64,000 bases of DNA from the human T2T-CHM13v2.0 reference genome, Homo sapiens (GCF_009914755.1 NC_060925.1), one strand, 5' to 3'. Positions 1 through 17,536 are shown, numbered from the stretch's first letter. Program-made: numbers and translations. Notes: generated by a model from the sequence alone, not told the origin.

Positions 1-112
1 GGGAGGCGGAACTTGCAGTGAGCCGAGATCAGGCCACTGCACTCCAGCCTGGGCGACAGAGCAAGACTCCATCTCAAAAAAAAAAAAAAAAAGAAAGAAA
101 AAAAAAAAGAAA
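1..112 (+). mobile_element. Alu 3' end and A tail
   Basis: gcagtgagccgagatc...ctccatctc followed by poly(A). Confidence 0.95.
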
Positions 113-334
113 ACGAACTTAAGCTTTAAGAAAATGGATTTGGTAGGGTAGGAGGGGACTTTTCAAAGTTGTCTAATCCTGGACTGTTTTTGAAGCAGCC
201 TCCTGAAGATGTCTTTAAACTTCCATGGTTCTTGATTTATATCTGAATGAAAAAGGTGATTAAGTTTTGTACAGGATTCAAACTTGTTATCCCTGGAGGT
301 ACTGGGTTAAGCTTCTAGTTAAGAATTTGCTTTA

Positions 335-631
335 GGTTGGGTGCAGTGGCTTATACCTGTAATCCTTGTACTTTGGGAGGCTGAGGAGGTAGGACTGCTT
401 GAGACCAGGAGTTCGAGACCAGCCTGGCAACACAGCAAGACTCCATCTCTAAAAAATTTTTGAAAAGAGCCGGGTGTAGTGGCACATGCCTGTAGTCCCA
501 GCTACTTGGGAGCCTAAGACAGGAGGATCACTTGAGCCTAAGAGTCTGAGGCTGTAATAACGTATGATCACCCCCACTGCACTCCAGCTTGGATGACAAA
601 GCAAGACCCTGTCTCAAAAAAAAAAAAAAAA
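335..631 (+). mobile_element. Alu (J-like)
   Basis: Full dimer with ggatcacttgagcc right arm and A tail. Confidence 0.92.
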
Positions 632-1234
632 TTGCTTCAGTGGTGTGCACAGAAAGACCCCAGGTAGAATGCATAGATGGATCTGGCAAGGAAAAGTAAG
701 GATTTAGTGAGAAATCATTTTGCCCTTGCTTGTCACTCTAGTGGCATTAGATGAGTCAGAACCTTTCTGTCTCTAAGTGGAAGGGCTCAGTTCGGCCCCA
801 TTTCAGAAATCCCGCTATGTTAGATAAAGTCATGGTGCCATTCTGGACCTGATACTCTACCCAGTGGTGAGGCCAAGTGCCCTTCTAGGGAAGCCAAGGA
901 CACAATGTGGCGCAGGCTGACTCTTCCCTCCCCAGTCACTGTGGCTGCATCCTGGCCCACAGGACTGTCCTCCAGGTCAGAGAGTGATGTCTTCCGACCT
1001 TCACTCATAGGGACATTGCCACTTAGAAATAATGCTCTCTGGGGGCCTCTCCAAGAAAAGGAAGGGGAAATAAATTGAGCCTGCGGCATTAAGAAGACAA
1101 CGGTTCTCTCTGTTTAGAAATCTGTTGGCCAGCGAAAGTTTTATGAATTCTTCTTGTGATTTATCTGAGAGGAGTGATGTTTACAGTGATGACAGTTAAC
1201 AAAACCCTGAAATACCATCCCAGTTCTCTATCAG

Positions 1235-1468
1235 ATTTTTATTTTTTATTTCTTTTATGTGTATAAATGTAGGTGGGGTGGGGCACAAGTGCAGTTTTGC
1301 TACATGTGGCCAAGTCAGGGTTTTTAGGGTAGACATCACCCAAATAACATACATTGTATGAAATCACACTAAGTAATTTTTCATCATCCACCTACCCTTC
1401 CACCCCCTCACCCTTCTGAGCCTCCACTGTCTATCAGCCCACTCTCTATGTCCATGTGGATACATTTC
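1235..1468 (-). mobile_element. L1 3'UTR fragment (L1MA/L1PB-like)
   Basis: T-rich tail then cacaagtgcagttttgctacatg...ctctatgtccatgtg; tcagat direct repeat at both ends. Confidence 0.7.
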
Positions 1469-1549
1469 AGATGTTTTTGTTTTTAAACTTCCCTGTTATT
1501 TTTCTTTTTTAGCCCATGTTCATTTTCTCTCATCATCTGGGAAAGTTAA

Positions 1550-1693
<144 letters not shown>

Positions 1694-3032
1694 TGAAGCC
1701 ACTTGTTGACATGAAATCTTTTAATAGAAGCTCTTTAATTAAATCACTGGTATTCATTGTGTGTTTCTCTGTGGCATGAAACAGGTTGCCTAGTGAAAGG
1801 AACCTCTAAAGAAAACATGAAAAGTGGAAGAAAGAGGGAAATGGGAAGTTGGGAGCTTTGTGCTGTAATTTATCCAGACAGCAGCGAAGTATATTTTTCA
1901 ATTTTAAAAAATCCAGGGGTGATGAGATTACGGCATAAATCTACTTTGTATCTGGTAGTAACAGTACGTTTCCAAAAGTCCTTCTACCTGAGTAAATTGA
2001 GCTGTGAGTGAGTCGGGAAATCAGAGATGTGCAAAGGGAAGATGGAACCAAGTGTTGAAGTGAGTACATTGATAGGAAACAGAATTGGGACGAATTTGGC
2101 CTTATTTAAGTGTAAGACTAAGTGTAAGACACAGTGGGTATCTTGTGTTTAACTGCCCCTAATTGTCTTTAACCATGGAAGACATCTCCCACGTGAGAGA
2201 AACCAGCAGTTTACCAGTTCCCTGAGTCTTTTCTGCTTGACTCTGATGATACTTTTGAGATAACCCAATATCAAGCTTCCCAAATGCCAAATGGCTGTGA
2301 CATATCTGCTTAAAGAAAGAGATGTCAAGAGAAAGACCAGACATGTAACAGAGACAGCAGAAAACATTTTAGAACAGGAGGGAAAAATGAACCTAATTAT
2401 GGAAGGCTTAAAGCTACGGAGATGCCTTCCCCTTCTGCCCCCACTTGTCTGCCATGGGAAACAAGCGCAGGATCATCCTGTTGCTTGAAATCTTGTGCTT
2501 TCATATGCCCAGAAAGGCAAGAGGTGATCTGTGTTAAATCCTGAATGAGGATTTGAGAGCATGAACCTGCAGTTCCTTCTCTCTCCATTAGGTAGGTGAC
2601 TTTGGGAAAGGCACACAACTTCTCTGCACATGTTGACTCTAAAACGTGGAAGATGCCCTGCATTTTCTGTTAATCTGGCACAGTTAGGGAATCAGGTCCT
2701 CTTATAAAGTCCTGCTTTAGCTGAAAGCAAGTTACAGTATGCCGTATGTGGAGTCTCAGTTTTCAGAAAAGTAGCATGTAGTGAAGTACTTTAGACACTT
2801 TAAAAATGAGGCTGCTCTGGATGTTATTAAATCCTTCTTTGATTCAGAAGGCACCTCAGAGACCTGCAGGGCTCAGCCTAATTGTTTGAGCATCAGGTAA
2901 TCTTTTGTAGACACATGCTAATACGATTAACAGAATATCAGAGAATAGTCTGTTCTTATGGAACGCCTACTTACACTTTCAGTGAATTTTTTAATTAGTC
3001 TATGATAATGCTTGCTTCTCTTTATTCTTTAG

Positions 3033-3374
<342 letters not shown>

Positions 3375-3393
3375 TAATGGTGAATGTGTCTCA

Positions 3394-3796
<403 letters not shown>

Positions 3797-4639
3797 TCAT
3801 GAAAAAGTTGTAAGTGTACTACCTGCTGAGTTAACTACTTTGCAAACGTGTGCATATTACTGTTTATTTAGATCTACAGAGTTTTTTGCCAGATTGTAAA
3901 CCATAAGAAGCCACAAATCAGCACCTACCTTTTGCCTACTGCCAATCTAAAATGTTCTGCTTATAGTTTTTTCTGGAACTTCAGAACTATAAACAAAGCT
4001 TCTAAGTGGTGACGTTAGGGAGGAAAGTTAATCTCGGTTAGCCAGGACATAATTTATTTAGAGAATTTGTACAGTGAATTTGATGTATAATAGAATAAAA
4101 AGAGAAAATACTTTTTACTCTTTTTTTTCTGTAAAATAGATATGTCATCAAAAAGAATCCAAGTAGAAAGGAAATCCTGAAGGTTGGGATTTGAAACCAC
4201 ACCTCCCTACCAGGAGCCGTCTAGAAGGGTTTGCACCTGCACGCCAGGGGAAAGAAAGTGCTTCCATGAACATTGGAGTTGCCTTTTGAAAGAGGCTCCG
4301 ATGGTGTTTCCTGCGTGCACTCTTAAGCACAGGCCAACAGTCTAAAATCGTTTATTTTTGGAATAAGTGAGACCTCTAAGCACGCCTTGGAAGTCACACT
4401 CTTTGTCAAAGCTCTGTTGGCAGCTGACCTGTTGCTGCACCTAAAGAGAACAGTAGCTTCACACTCAAAGGTGCTCCACGAGGCAGTGAGGTCTTTGAGC
4501 CGCTGAATTTGTGGGGCTGCTCATGTTCAGGTCAAAGAATAGGTTTGATAAATGGCTCTTTAGAGAGCCTTCTGGGAAGAGTTGGTTTCTGTGACCTTTT
4601 CTTTTTGAGGAATAGGGATGTACTTCCTGGTTTTCTTTA

Positions 4640-5021
<382 letters not shown>

Positions 5022-5375
5022 GGAAGTGCCGCTAAGTTAAGTTCTGCTCGTCAGCAGAAAATAAGAAAGACCTAAACAATAGCTGGTGATCAAAATCAGT
5101 GAAAGGAAAACTGATTAAAAAAAATTATTTTTTAAAAGACTCTACATGAATAGCCACCAATATTATTAATAGTCATCATGATATCCTTTTTCCATTTTCC
5201 AGGAACTTGACTTCTCTGTACCTAAAGAGTTTTTTCTAAAGCATTCAGAATGTGTTTTTCTCCAGAGACTCTTGCAATCATCAAGGCATTTACTTGTGTG
5301 CGGAAAGGAATATCAAAGCCTTTGAAATTAACACTCAAGCCACATTGTTTTTCTCCACTTGTGTCTCGGGTGTAG

Positions 5376-5567
<192 letters not shown>

Positions 5568-6395
5568 TGAGGGCCTGGTGTGGGACCAGGGGGCATTCTT
5601 GAAGCTGACGTCGAAGGAGGAAGTTAACGCCTCGGGGACTTAGGGTGACGGCCTCATTTTGCATCATGATCAGGATTTTCCTTTATCCCAAATTTCACAG
5701 GCAAAACGTGACAAACTCTTAAGGACCCTTCAGCAGCGTCTGCAGTTTGTGGGGAAAGAAAGCAGAGATTATTTTACTTAAGGAAAATCTTATAAATGTT
5801 GACACAACCACTATAGGTTATGATCCTAATACCATAAAGGAAATGGTTTTTAAAGCCCCAACTGGAAATTTGGTTAAAAACTTGGTTACAAGTACTTACA
5901 GTACTTTTTAAAAGAATTTTTAGAATATGATATAGACATGTCCCAGATGTGTATGAATTTTAAATGCAGAAAAATTGCTTAGAAAACGACATCTTGGGAA
6001 TGAAAGTATTCTTACTAACTTGCAGCCTTTTAAATTTGGGGCAACTATCGACAAATGTAATTATGGTCCAAATGGGATAATTTGAGCCCTTTTGTCTGAT
6101 TTTTAAGATTGGGACATTTCTTTTCATGGTTGAAATTATAGCACAATTAGTCATCTCAGTATGCCAATCATAGTCTTTGAGGAATAAGTCCACCACGTGG
6201 GTCTGAAGTGGCTTTTACTATAAAAACACACGTGCTGCAAGTTAGTTATAAACAGCGCAAAAGACAAAAACAGGTATGAGGAAGAGGAAAGTATTTATCC
6301 GAGAAACAGTAGTTAATTAGTGCATCTGAGCTTTAAATTTAGCTCTGGTCTTCCTAACGAACACCCAAAGAGAGACAGGAAACAAACTGATTTAA

Positions 6396-6766
<371 letters not shown>

Positions 6767-7024
6767 TGAGACAAACTTTTCTCCCATCAGTAAGTTATAA
6801 AGCAAATGGATTTTTGTTAAAAAAAACAAAAAGACAATAATAATGCTTTTAGTAGCAGTTTTGCAGATGACACAAAGAAAGATTTTTGAAGTAGTTTTTT
6901 CTCTTCCATTGATTGAAAGAGAATGGAGGCATAGCATTAAAATATAACTCACAAATGGAACAGAAAGCAGGTAGACAGGTGTATACTCTTCTGTGGGCCA
7001 ACAAGGTATAAGAATCGAACTCAT

Positions 7025-7500
7025 GAACCCAGCATGGGCTCTTCACATTTTGGTGTCATGAACCCGTCTGGCAGTCTGGGGAAGCCTGTGGATTCCTTCT
7101 GATAATAATGTTTGTAAACTTATAAAAATATTTAATATTACCAAGGAAACAAATTATATTGAAATGTAGTTATTCAAATATCTTTAAAGTTATTGTCATG
7201 TATGTGCTTCTTTACTAACACGTTTAAAACCAAGAACTAACAGCAGGTCCAATAATTTTGGAGTAGGGCTGAGTGTACGTGATATTTGTTGCAAGAGGCA
7301 GGCATAACCGTAACGTTAGTATGGAATGTCTATGATTTATGCTGTGATAAGGTCACAGGGACTACTAAATACTGCTGCAGATTTGCTGTCCACGTCATTC
7401 ATAAACAAAGGGAGTGCTACATTTTAATCCGAGATGGTGAAAATAAACACGCCAGTGTTCCCTGCATCCAAGTTCACAAATCCTCTGTACTCTGGACCTG
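7025..7500 (+). mobile_element. hAT-Charlie-type MITE (MER119-like)
   Basis: ggcagtctggggaagcctgtggattccttc...aaggaaacaaattatattgaaatgtagtta resembles the remembered consensus. Confidence 0.5.
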
Positions 7501-7835
7501 GCCCTGACTTAGTTGTGCAGCAGGCCTAGAGCCTCTGGCTGGAGGAGAATGGTCGCTGCTCCTAATGCAGGCTCTTAAATACCCTCCAGCTCATCCTGTC
7601 TTTCAGCAGGCACTTGGTGGCACTAGATGGCAGTCAAAGCTAAATCAAGCTCATCCTGTAGTCCCTAGACTAGGGACTCCTCCTCCCTATCCTCCCTCTT
7701 CCTTCCCCCTACACCCTCCTCCCTTCGTTTCTCCTTCTCCACTCCCACCCCCACCCCTTGGACTATTCCCGCATTCTGTGGTTGTTCCTATGAGACCACA
7801 GCTGGCCTCTAACCCTTGTTGTCCTTGGGCCCTGA

Positions 7836-8015
<180 letters not shown>

Positions 8016-8802
8016 TAAGTCCCTTTAGCCACGCAGCAGTGACACCGCACATGCTGTGGTTTCCAGCCACCCACTCAGTCAGGTGGGAGCACCGTTCTGT
8101 TATCACCCCGGCTTTATCTTTCAGCCCCTGGCTGTTGGGGACAGTGTGCAAACCAGAGCACAATATGGAATGCAGGAAGGCGGCACTCAAGGAAGGGGAG
8201 GGGGGTCTTGCTGGGTTCTGTTTATTTTCTCACTAAAAATGGTGACAGGGCTTTCTCCGTTTTTGGCCTCTGCAGGGCCTGGATTTCAAACCATCTATCC
8301 CTACAAGGAGGACACGTGAAGGCCCACAAATACTTTGCATTTTCAGAACATTTCAGGGACAGTGGTCTTTAAGTAACCCTGTTGTCCTTTGATCACCAAG
8401 AACAGCCAGGAGACATTTACTGACCCACTTATTTCTTGCCCCACCACCCTTTTGGTGTTAAAATATTGACTTTTTTCTTAAAGCGGAGACCATGTAAAAA
8501 TATAAGAAATTCTGATGGAGGAAGCATCCCGTGGGTCTTCAATCTGTCTGGCAGCTCCACCCAGGCAGCCCACCCCCAGCCTCCTCCAGAGCAGGGCAGC
8601 TCTGCCCGAGGGCGTTTCCTTCCCACAGCAAGAAGCTGAAGGACTTATCTCTGACCCCTCTTGCCTCTCTGTTTTGGATCTTGGTTGACTTTTTCCTCAT
8701 TTTCTAGACAGACTAGAACTAGACCTTGTTTTGTTCTGCGATGCTACCCAGTCCCCACTTCCTCTGAGAAAAGTGAACCGAGTGACACTGGCCGCTGCCT
8801 GA

Positions 8803-9189
<387 letters not shown>

Positions 9190-9476
9190 TAAGACCTACA
9201 AGTATGAAAGTTAGGGATCTTTAAGCCTTTCCAGTCACTATTTGTGGAAATGCTTCGTGAGCTATATCGAGGACTATATGGTATTACCAACAGTGACATT
9301 ATCATTATTATTATCACCACCATAAATTCACTACACTTCTTCAAGGTGAGTGCCAGAAACTGGACTGTTGCATTTCTGCCAGTTAGGCCCAAATTGATCT
9401 CCCTGGGAGCCAGCAGGTATAACTCAGGGCTCATCCTGCTACTTGGTAAATGGGAAAATATGTTTAGTGACAAACA

Positions 9477-10348
9477 AGAGTATATACTGCAGAGTGCCCG
9501 CTGCCACTGTTAGAATCCTGATAATATACTGCAGAGTGCCCACTGCCACCGTTAGAACCCTGGTAATAGAGTATATACTGCAGAGGGCCCGCTGCCACTG
9601 TTAGAACCCTGGTAATAGAGTATATACTGCAGAGGGCCCGCTGCCACCGTTAGAACCCTGGTTATAGAGTATATACTGCAGAGTGCCCGCTGCCACCATT
9701 AGAACCCTGGTAATAGAGTATATACTGCAGAGTGCCCGCTGCCACCATTAGAACCCTGGTAATAGAGTATATACTGCAGAGTGCCCGCTGCCACTGTTAG
9801 AACCCTGGTAATAGAGTATATACTGCAGAGTGCCCGCTGCCACTGTTAGAACCGTGGTTATAGAGTATATACTGCAGAGTGCCCACTGCCACTGTTAGAA
9901 CCGTGGTTATAGAGTATATACTGCAGAGTGCCCGCTGCCACTGTTAGAACCCTGGTAATAGAGTATATACTGCAGAGGGCCCGCTGCCACCGTTAGAACC
10001 CTGGTAATAGAGTATATACTGCAGAGTGCCCGCTGCCACCGTTAGAACCGTGGTTATAGAGTATATACTGCAGAGGGCCCGCTGCCACTGTTAGAACCCT
10101 GGTAATAGAGTATATACTGCAGAGTGCCCGCTGCCACTGTTAGAACCCTGGTAATAGAGTATATACTGCAGAGGGCCTGCTGCCACTGTTAGAACCGTGG
10201 TTATAGAGTATATACTGCAGAGTGCCCGCTGCCACCGTTAGAACCCTGGTAATAGAGTATATACTGCAGAGTGCCCGCTGCCACCGTTAGAACCCTGGTT
10301 ATAGAGTATATACTGCAGAGTGCCCGCTGCCACTGTTAGAACCCTGGT
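9477..10348. repeat. 49-bp minisatellite (VNTR), about 18 units, in the ACTN2 intron between exons 17 and 18
   Basis: Unit AGAGTATATACTGCAGAGTGCCCGCTGCCACTGTTAGAACCCTGGTAAT; CTGCAG recurs every 49 nt (9578, 9627, 9676 ... 10313). Confidence 0.97.
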
Positions 10349-10544
10349 GGGTGCTTGTGAGTACTTCTCACTACAGAATCTTGCAACAGATGACAAAGTA
10401 GAATTTTTTTTCAAGTGTGGGGAAGGCTATCATGAGCCCTGCTTAGTAAGCCCTTTGAGTCGGCTGTACTGTTATGAAAGTAAAGAGGCAGAGTTGACAT
10501 GCTGGAGAGACTTAGAACTGATCTTTCCCCTTTTCCCTCAATAG

Positions 10545-10745
<201 letters not shown>

Positions 10746-11321
10746 TGAAATAATATGCATGCTCTCGTTTTAAGTCTTAAGGCTCCACAACATTTACAGG
10801 GAAACAGGATAGTTAATGACAAAAGAAAATAGCCACCAAAACTAAGTGTCCTAAGCTTTGATGTTGCTCAAGGTGACACAAAGTCCAGGTTTGTGTGCTG
10901 TTTCATACAGATCACTTAATAGAATGCATTTGTAGTTGACATCAAAGCTGATTTGTTCTAAGTCAAAGTGTATTCTTCACAAAATGTGATTGTTGGCTTT
11001 AGGTCATTTCGTAAAGACTTAAATACAAAACTCTGATATGCTTTTCCTAAGCAACTGTTTAGGAAAAGCATCTGGTCATAATTTAACCCATTCTTTCAAC
11101 ATATAAAACTCAGTTTTCTGTTTTAATTAACAAAATTGATGCATGATCTCTTTTAAGGCCATGCAGCAATAAAATGGTGATAATTTTTGTAGTAAAAGCA
11201 TATAAAAAGCTAAGTGCTGCTTTAAAAATATCATCTAGTATTCTGATTTGAATAATATTGAGTAGAACCAATTCTTTATGAGAAAATACTATTTACTAAT
11301 CCTGTGGCTGGAAGTGAGTGA

Positions 11322-11980
<659 letters not shown>

Positions 11981-12728
11981 CGTTCCAATTCTTAAAGATC
12001 ACTAAAAGGGATGTACCATTACTTTGCATGGAGCCCTGTTATGATTTGCAAATGTCCATCAGTCGTTCCTAAAATGCCTCTGGGCTAGATAGACCAGTCA
12101 GATTTGGGCCTTTTGGAGGATTCAGACAGTGGACTTCTGATCAGAGAGCTAGGCATAAGTAAAAAATTATCCACAGAGATGGATATTGACGTTCTTATAG
12201 CTTCAGCACACCTTTATTGTGCAGCAGCATGCTGTGATTTGACGTATCTGCATTCATTAAAGCCCAAGTCATTTTTCTTCCAAGGAGGGAAATGATGGAT
12301 CGTCATCCCTGTACACAACCATCTCTTGTTGAAAGACACTCTCACTCATTGGGGCTACTTTATAGGAAGAAAGCACATTGATTTGAATCCAAGATGATCA
12401 CAATCTTTTGCAACAAAAGTCCAAGGAGTACAATGCAGAACTTACCATGTTTAGAAGTTTGTTCAAATTAAACATGAATGATTCTTTGTCAGTAGGTGGC
12501 AGTAGTGAGCTCCTGACTAGTTCCTTTTGCTGTTTTCTTGAGTGTGTGGTCTCCTTTCGTTTTTGTCTGGTCTTTACCCTCCTCTCCCCTCTTTTTCATT
12601 TTTAAGAAACTAGTTTGTAACATCCTTGTGCTGGCTCCATCCTTCTCGCAAGTCAGTGGTGACATTTACGACCTTGGCAGAGCTCAAAGTGCTTCTCTTA
12701 CCAGATCTTTGTTCAGTTGGTCAAGTAG

Positions 12729-12872
<144 letters not shown>

Positions 12873-13022
12873 TAAGATTTGATATTTTATTGAATTTGGA
12901 TTTCTGTTATAAAAGATGACAAGCTCAAACCAAGGTAGTGCATTTGGGATTGGTTCGTTTTCATTATATAGGATAATATTTTTTGAAGGTCTCACTGTTA
13001 TTATATAAAAATAAAGTCACGA

Positions 13023-13360
<338 letters not shown>

Positions 13361-13980
13361 TTATTTTTTCTAGTGAAGGAGATGAGAACATAGGCTTTTT
13401 GATTGTTTTAAACAGCTTTACTGAGATATAACTCACGTACTACGGTTTACCCATTTAAAGTGTATACTTCAGTGGCTTTTAGTAGGAACCTAATGATTTT
13501 TCAAGTGCTTTTTCCTCTAATATGCTGAAAGGTAAAAAAGGTTTAGTCGTAAATCAGCCAAGATAAACTTACATTTCCCTGTGGGCTGGGATAGTCCTAG
13601 TATATCAGACACTTCTCTGTTACCCATTAATGAGTATTTTTAACCTGGCCTCCCTTGATTCTCTTTGGGACTGTAAACTACAGTCGTGACAGCCATGTTC
13701 TGAGCTGCCTTCAGTTTGGCAGCATCGCTTTCCTAGTTGTAATCTGAGGAAAGGGCTCAGCTCCCGCTTTGACCTCCTCTTCCATAATTACGTCACGTGA
13801 CCCATCAAGGCCAGCAGTGGGTCCCAGAGAGGAAAGACTTCTGACATTTACAAGCTTCTGGTTTGAAGCTCCAGCAACTTTTAAAATTGTTTGGTAGCAG
13901 TAAACCTTAGTCACCCTTAAGGGGAATCTTGTCCAAAGACTGAAGGGAAACGCAGGTAATAATTCAGTTTTCAGACATAA

Positions 13981-14307
<327 letters not shown>

Positions 14308-14488
14308 TAAATAAAAACCATTTTTATGCCGGTGTATTTTGTACAACATTGGCACTGATTTCAGAAGGCAGCAGATAGACACACAACAATGGCGCGCCCA
14401 GCACAGAGGAAACAGACATGCCATTCCTGGCATTCGTGCTTGGCCTTGCATTGAGTTTTTATAGAAGGGACAAGAGTGTATTTGTACT

Positions 14489-14521
14489 TGCGCGTGTGTG
14501 TGTGTGTGTGTATGTGCGCGC
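14489..14521. repeat. (TG)n/(CG)n alternating purine-pyrimidine microsatellite
   Basis: tgcgcgtgtgtgtgtgtgtgtgtatgtgcgcgc. Confidence 0.9.
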
Positions 14522-15453
14522 TACTGGTTCGACCCCTGTTTTACATTCTAGGTTGGTGGATGTGACTCAGAAAGAAGAAACTATGCAATTTAGATGTTAT
14601 AAAACTGGTACCTTCTCCTAAGGATCAATGACCCTGACTTTGTGCCCAGCCATGGAGCAAAGTTAAATATAGCCGTTCAGTCAGTAAAAAATTGGCAAGC
14701 TTTTCATTACATGTAGCCTAGACCTTCAGGAGGAGTTTAATTGCCAGTTCAGAATTGTAATATTTTACCCCCCAAACAATAAAAACATCTCTATGTATAA
14801 ATTCAATTTGGGACAGGATTATTTTACCCTGTTTTCTGGCTGAGAGGATAATGAACATTACCACAAGGAGGTTAGCATGCTAAAACACAGTAACAGAGCC
14901 ATATTTATTACCTTAAAAATCAGATAAGACCAACTATTTTTAAAATAATGTTTTCTTTAAAATGAATCATTTACCCATGGGGTGAGGGTGGATGGGAAAT
15001 AGCCCAGCTGATTTAGAAGGTAAGAAACCATGGCTCCTCCAACCCCACTAAGAAACTTCTACTATAAATTATATAATATGCAAACTATAATGATATAAAT
15101 TATAATGTGATATTTGAGATTTACTTATTTTGACTTTTACCAACCAGACTATTTGGCTGGAATTGTCCTATTTCCCACTGAACTTTTTTTTTAAAAGCTT
15201 CATCTTTTCTGGTATGAAATGCAGATCATAGTACGTATCCTCGCATTGTGGCTCAGTTTGAGAACTACTAGTAATGCTCCATTTGCCTTTATGAAGCATA
15301 TCACCCTTCCTGCTGGCCAGGCCGCTTCTAGATACGCTCCTACAAGTAAAACTTGGCTTTCTGTTGGTTGTCTGGTACTACTATGCCAATAGACTCCCTA
15401 TTCTTTAGTCCTTTTAAAAAATTAAACAGATGCAAGAAATATGTAAGTATTAA

Positions 15454-15672
<219 letters not shown>

Positions 15673-15709
15673 TGCTGAGCTTCTGTAATCACTCATCCCA
15701 TCAGAATGC

Positions 15710-15715
15710 AATAAA
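15710..15715 (+). terminator. Proximal poly(A) signal AATAAA
   Basis: AATAAA about 38 nt after the stop, followed by GU/U-rich gtttgtttcc. Confidence 0.55.
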
Positions 15716-16977
15716 AGCGGAAGTCACAGTTTGTTTCCTGGAAACTTTGACAAGCTTTATTAAGTTGAGAGAGAGAGAGGGGGAAAAAAAAAGCCTTTCG
15801 TAGTTCAGTAATTGCCAGCAATATAACACGGCTAAAATGAAGTTTTTACAGTATATGACATAGTGCGCTTCATAAATAGGTTTATTTCTGAGTTTTTAGC
15901 AAAATGTAATGAAATATCAGGTTGATTTCTTTGATTAAACAGAACAAATTACTTGAGTAATAGGAAATTAGGAGGATCTAGGGACAGAAGGAAAGTGAAA
16001 AATGTGAAAATACAAAATACCCAAGATTTAAGACCGGGGGGAAAAAACCACAAATTGGTAAATAAAGGTTTGCTATTTGTAAAAAATTTCATTTATCTCT
16101 AATATGCTTATGTGATTGGCCCTAGGGGAGTATATTTGGGATTCTAATGTTTTATTTTCATGCTTATCCAAAGATTACTATTGTATCTTCAAATGAACTT
16201 AATATTGTGAGATGGAACTGCCGGGGATTAAAAAGACTACCCAAAAGATTTTTGGCACTTACAATTTTTAAAATAGTTTATGTCATCTCTTCATTATTTA
16301 GGGCTGGATGGTCAACTCAGTCAGTGATTTTTTGATGCTTCTCTTATCCTCCAGAATAGAGACCTAAGGACACGTGGAAGTCAGTTTAATTGCCAGAGAG
16401 AAGGATGCAATCACTAGGTGAAATGAGGTTTTTAGGATTATTTATTGATTCCAGGTTCCCATGCTTTTTGTTAGAGCTTATTAGTACAGGTTCTCAAGAG
16501 ATGACCACATAAAAGTGCTCTGTTTATAAATAAGCAGGTTTCTGTAGTACTGACTGGTTCATCACAAGGCAAGTCAGAAACCAGTATCCTTCTAGCTCTC
16601 CAGTCAGGACTTCCTTATGCCTCTAGTTTTATGACCGGTTAAGGAGAAGCCAGAGTTAGAGTAGGAGAGGACTAATTCTCAGCAGCAGTGGAGGTGAGTT
16701 CTTTCTTTTGCGGAAGCTTTACATATGTTTTGTGTAGTAGGAATAACTAGATATTTTAGCTAGTGTGCGGTGTGTGTTCACCCCTGGGATTGGACAGTGT
16801 ATCCTAACAAGTCCCATGTCTGGTTCTGTGTCTAAAGGCCTGCTCCATGACACAGGATGCTACATGCACTCCTGCTAGCACATCTTGATCTGTTGAATGT
16901 TCATTCTTTCTTTTTGCTCATACTGCTGTAGGCTATAATTCCCCCCTGTTTTTCCATCTTGTTGACAGCTTGTAGAG

Positions 16978-16983
16978 AATAAA
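16978..16983 (+). terminator. Poly(A) signal AATAAA
   Basis: AATAAA followed by a U-rich tract. Confidence 0.5.
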
Positions 16984-17536
16984 GCAGGAATTCTTTTTAT
17001 ATCTGAGTCCTTAATGATCAGGAAATGGATTACAAACAAACAAAAACAGTTGCAAACAGCAATTAAAGCATTACTAGAGAAGCAGTAACATGTCTGTTAC
17101 CTACAGTCTGTTTGCTCAGATTTTTATAGATTTCCACCAACAGCTGGAAATGTAATATTTCCATTCCAAGCTGTCTGACAGCTTGACTCTTCTTCCTACA
17201 CTGGGCCATTTAGAACCTTCAACCTTTATGAATTTCACTTAATTTGCTTCATTATTAAGTAATTGGTAGTTTCCAGATTCCTGAAATATTTGAATCCTTG
17301 AGTTTAATGCCAAACACTTTTGGGGTGGTTTAGATGAACTCTGACTCTATTTTATTTCAAGTAGGTGCTATATCCCGGCCATAAACCCCTATAGAAAAGC
17401 CAGAAAGTTGTGCTTCCTTTGAGGCTATTAGGGGGCTCTGTGGTGTTTTAGGATGGGTGTGGGTAACTCATCTACCTAAACTTTTAATTTCTTTACAACA
17501 TTCAGCAAGAGAGGGGGTCAGTAGTCTCTATCTGCT

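Noticed and set aside
9477-10348. Regular 49-bp repeats superficially resembling a CRISPR array
   Set aside because: Units are head-to-tail with no unique spacers, there are no cas genes, and the context is a human intron; it is a minisatellite.
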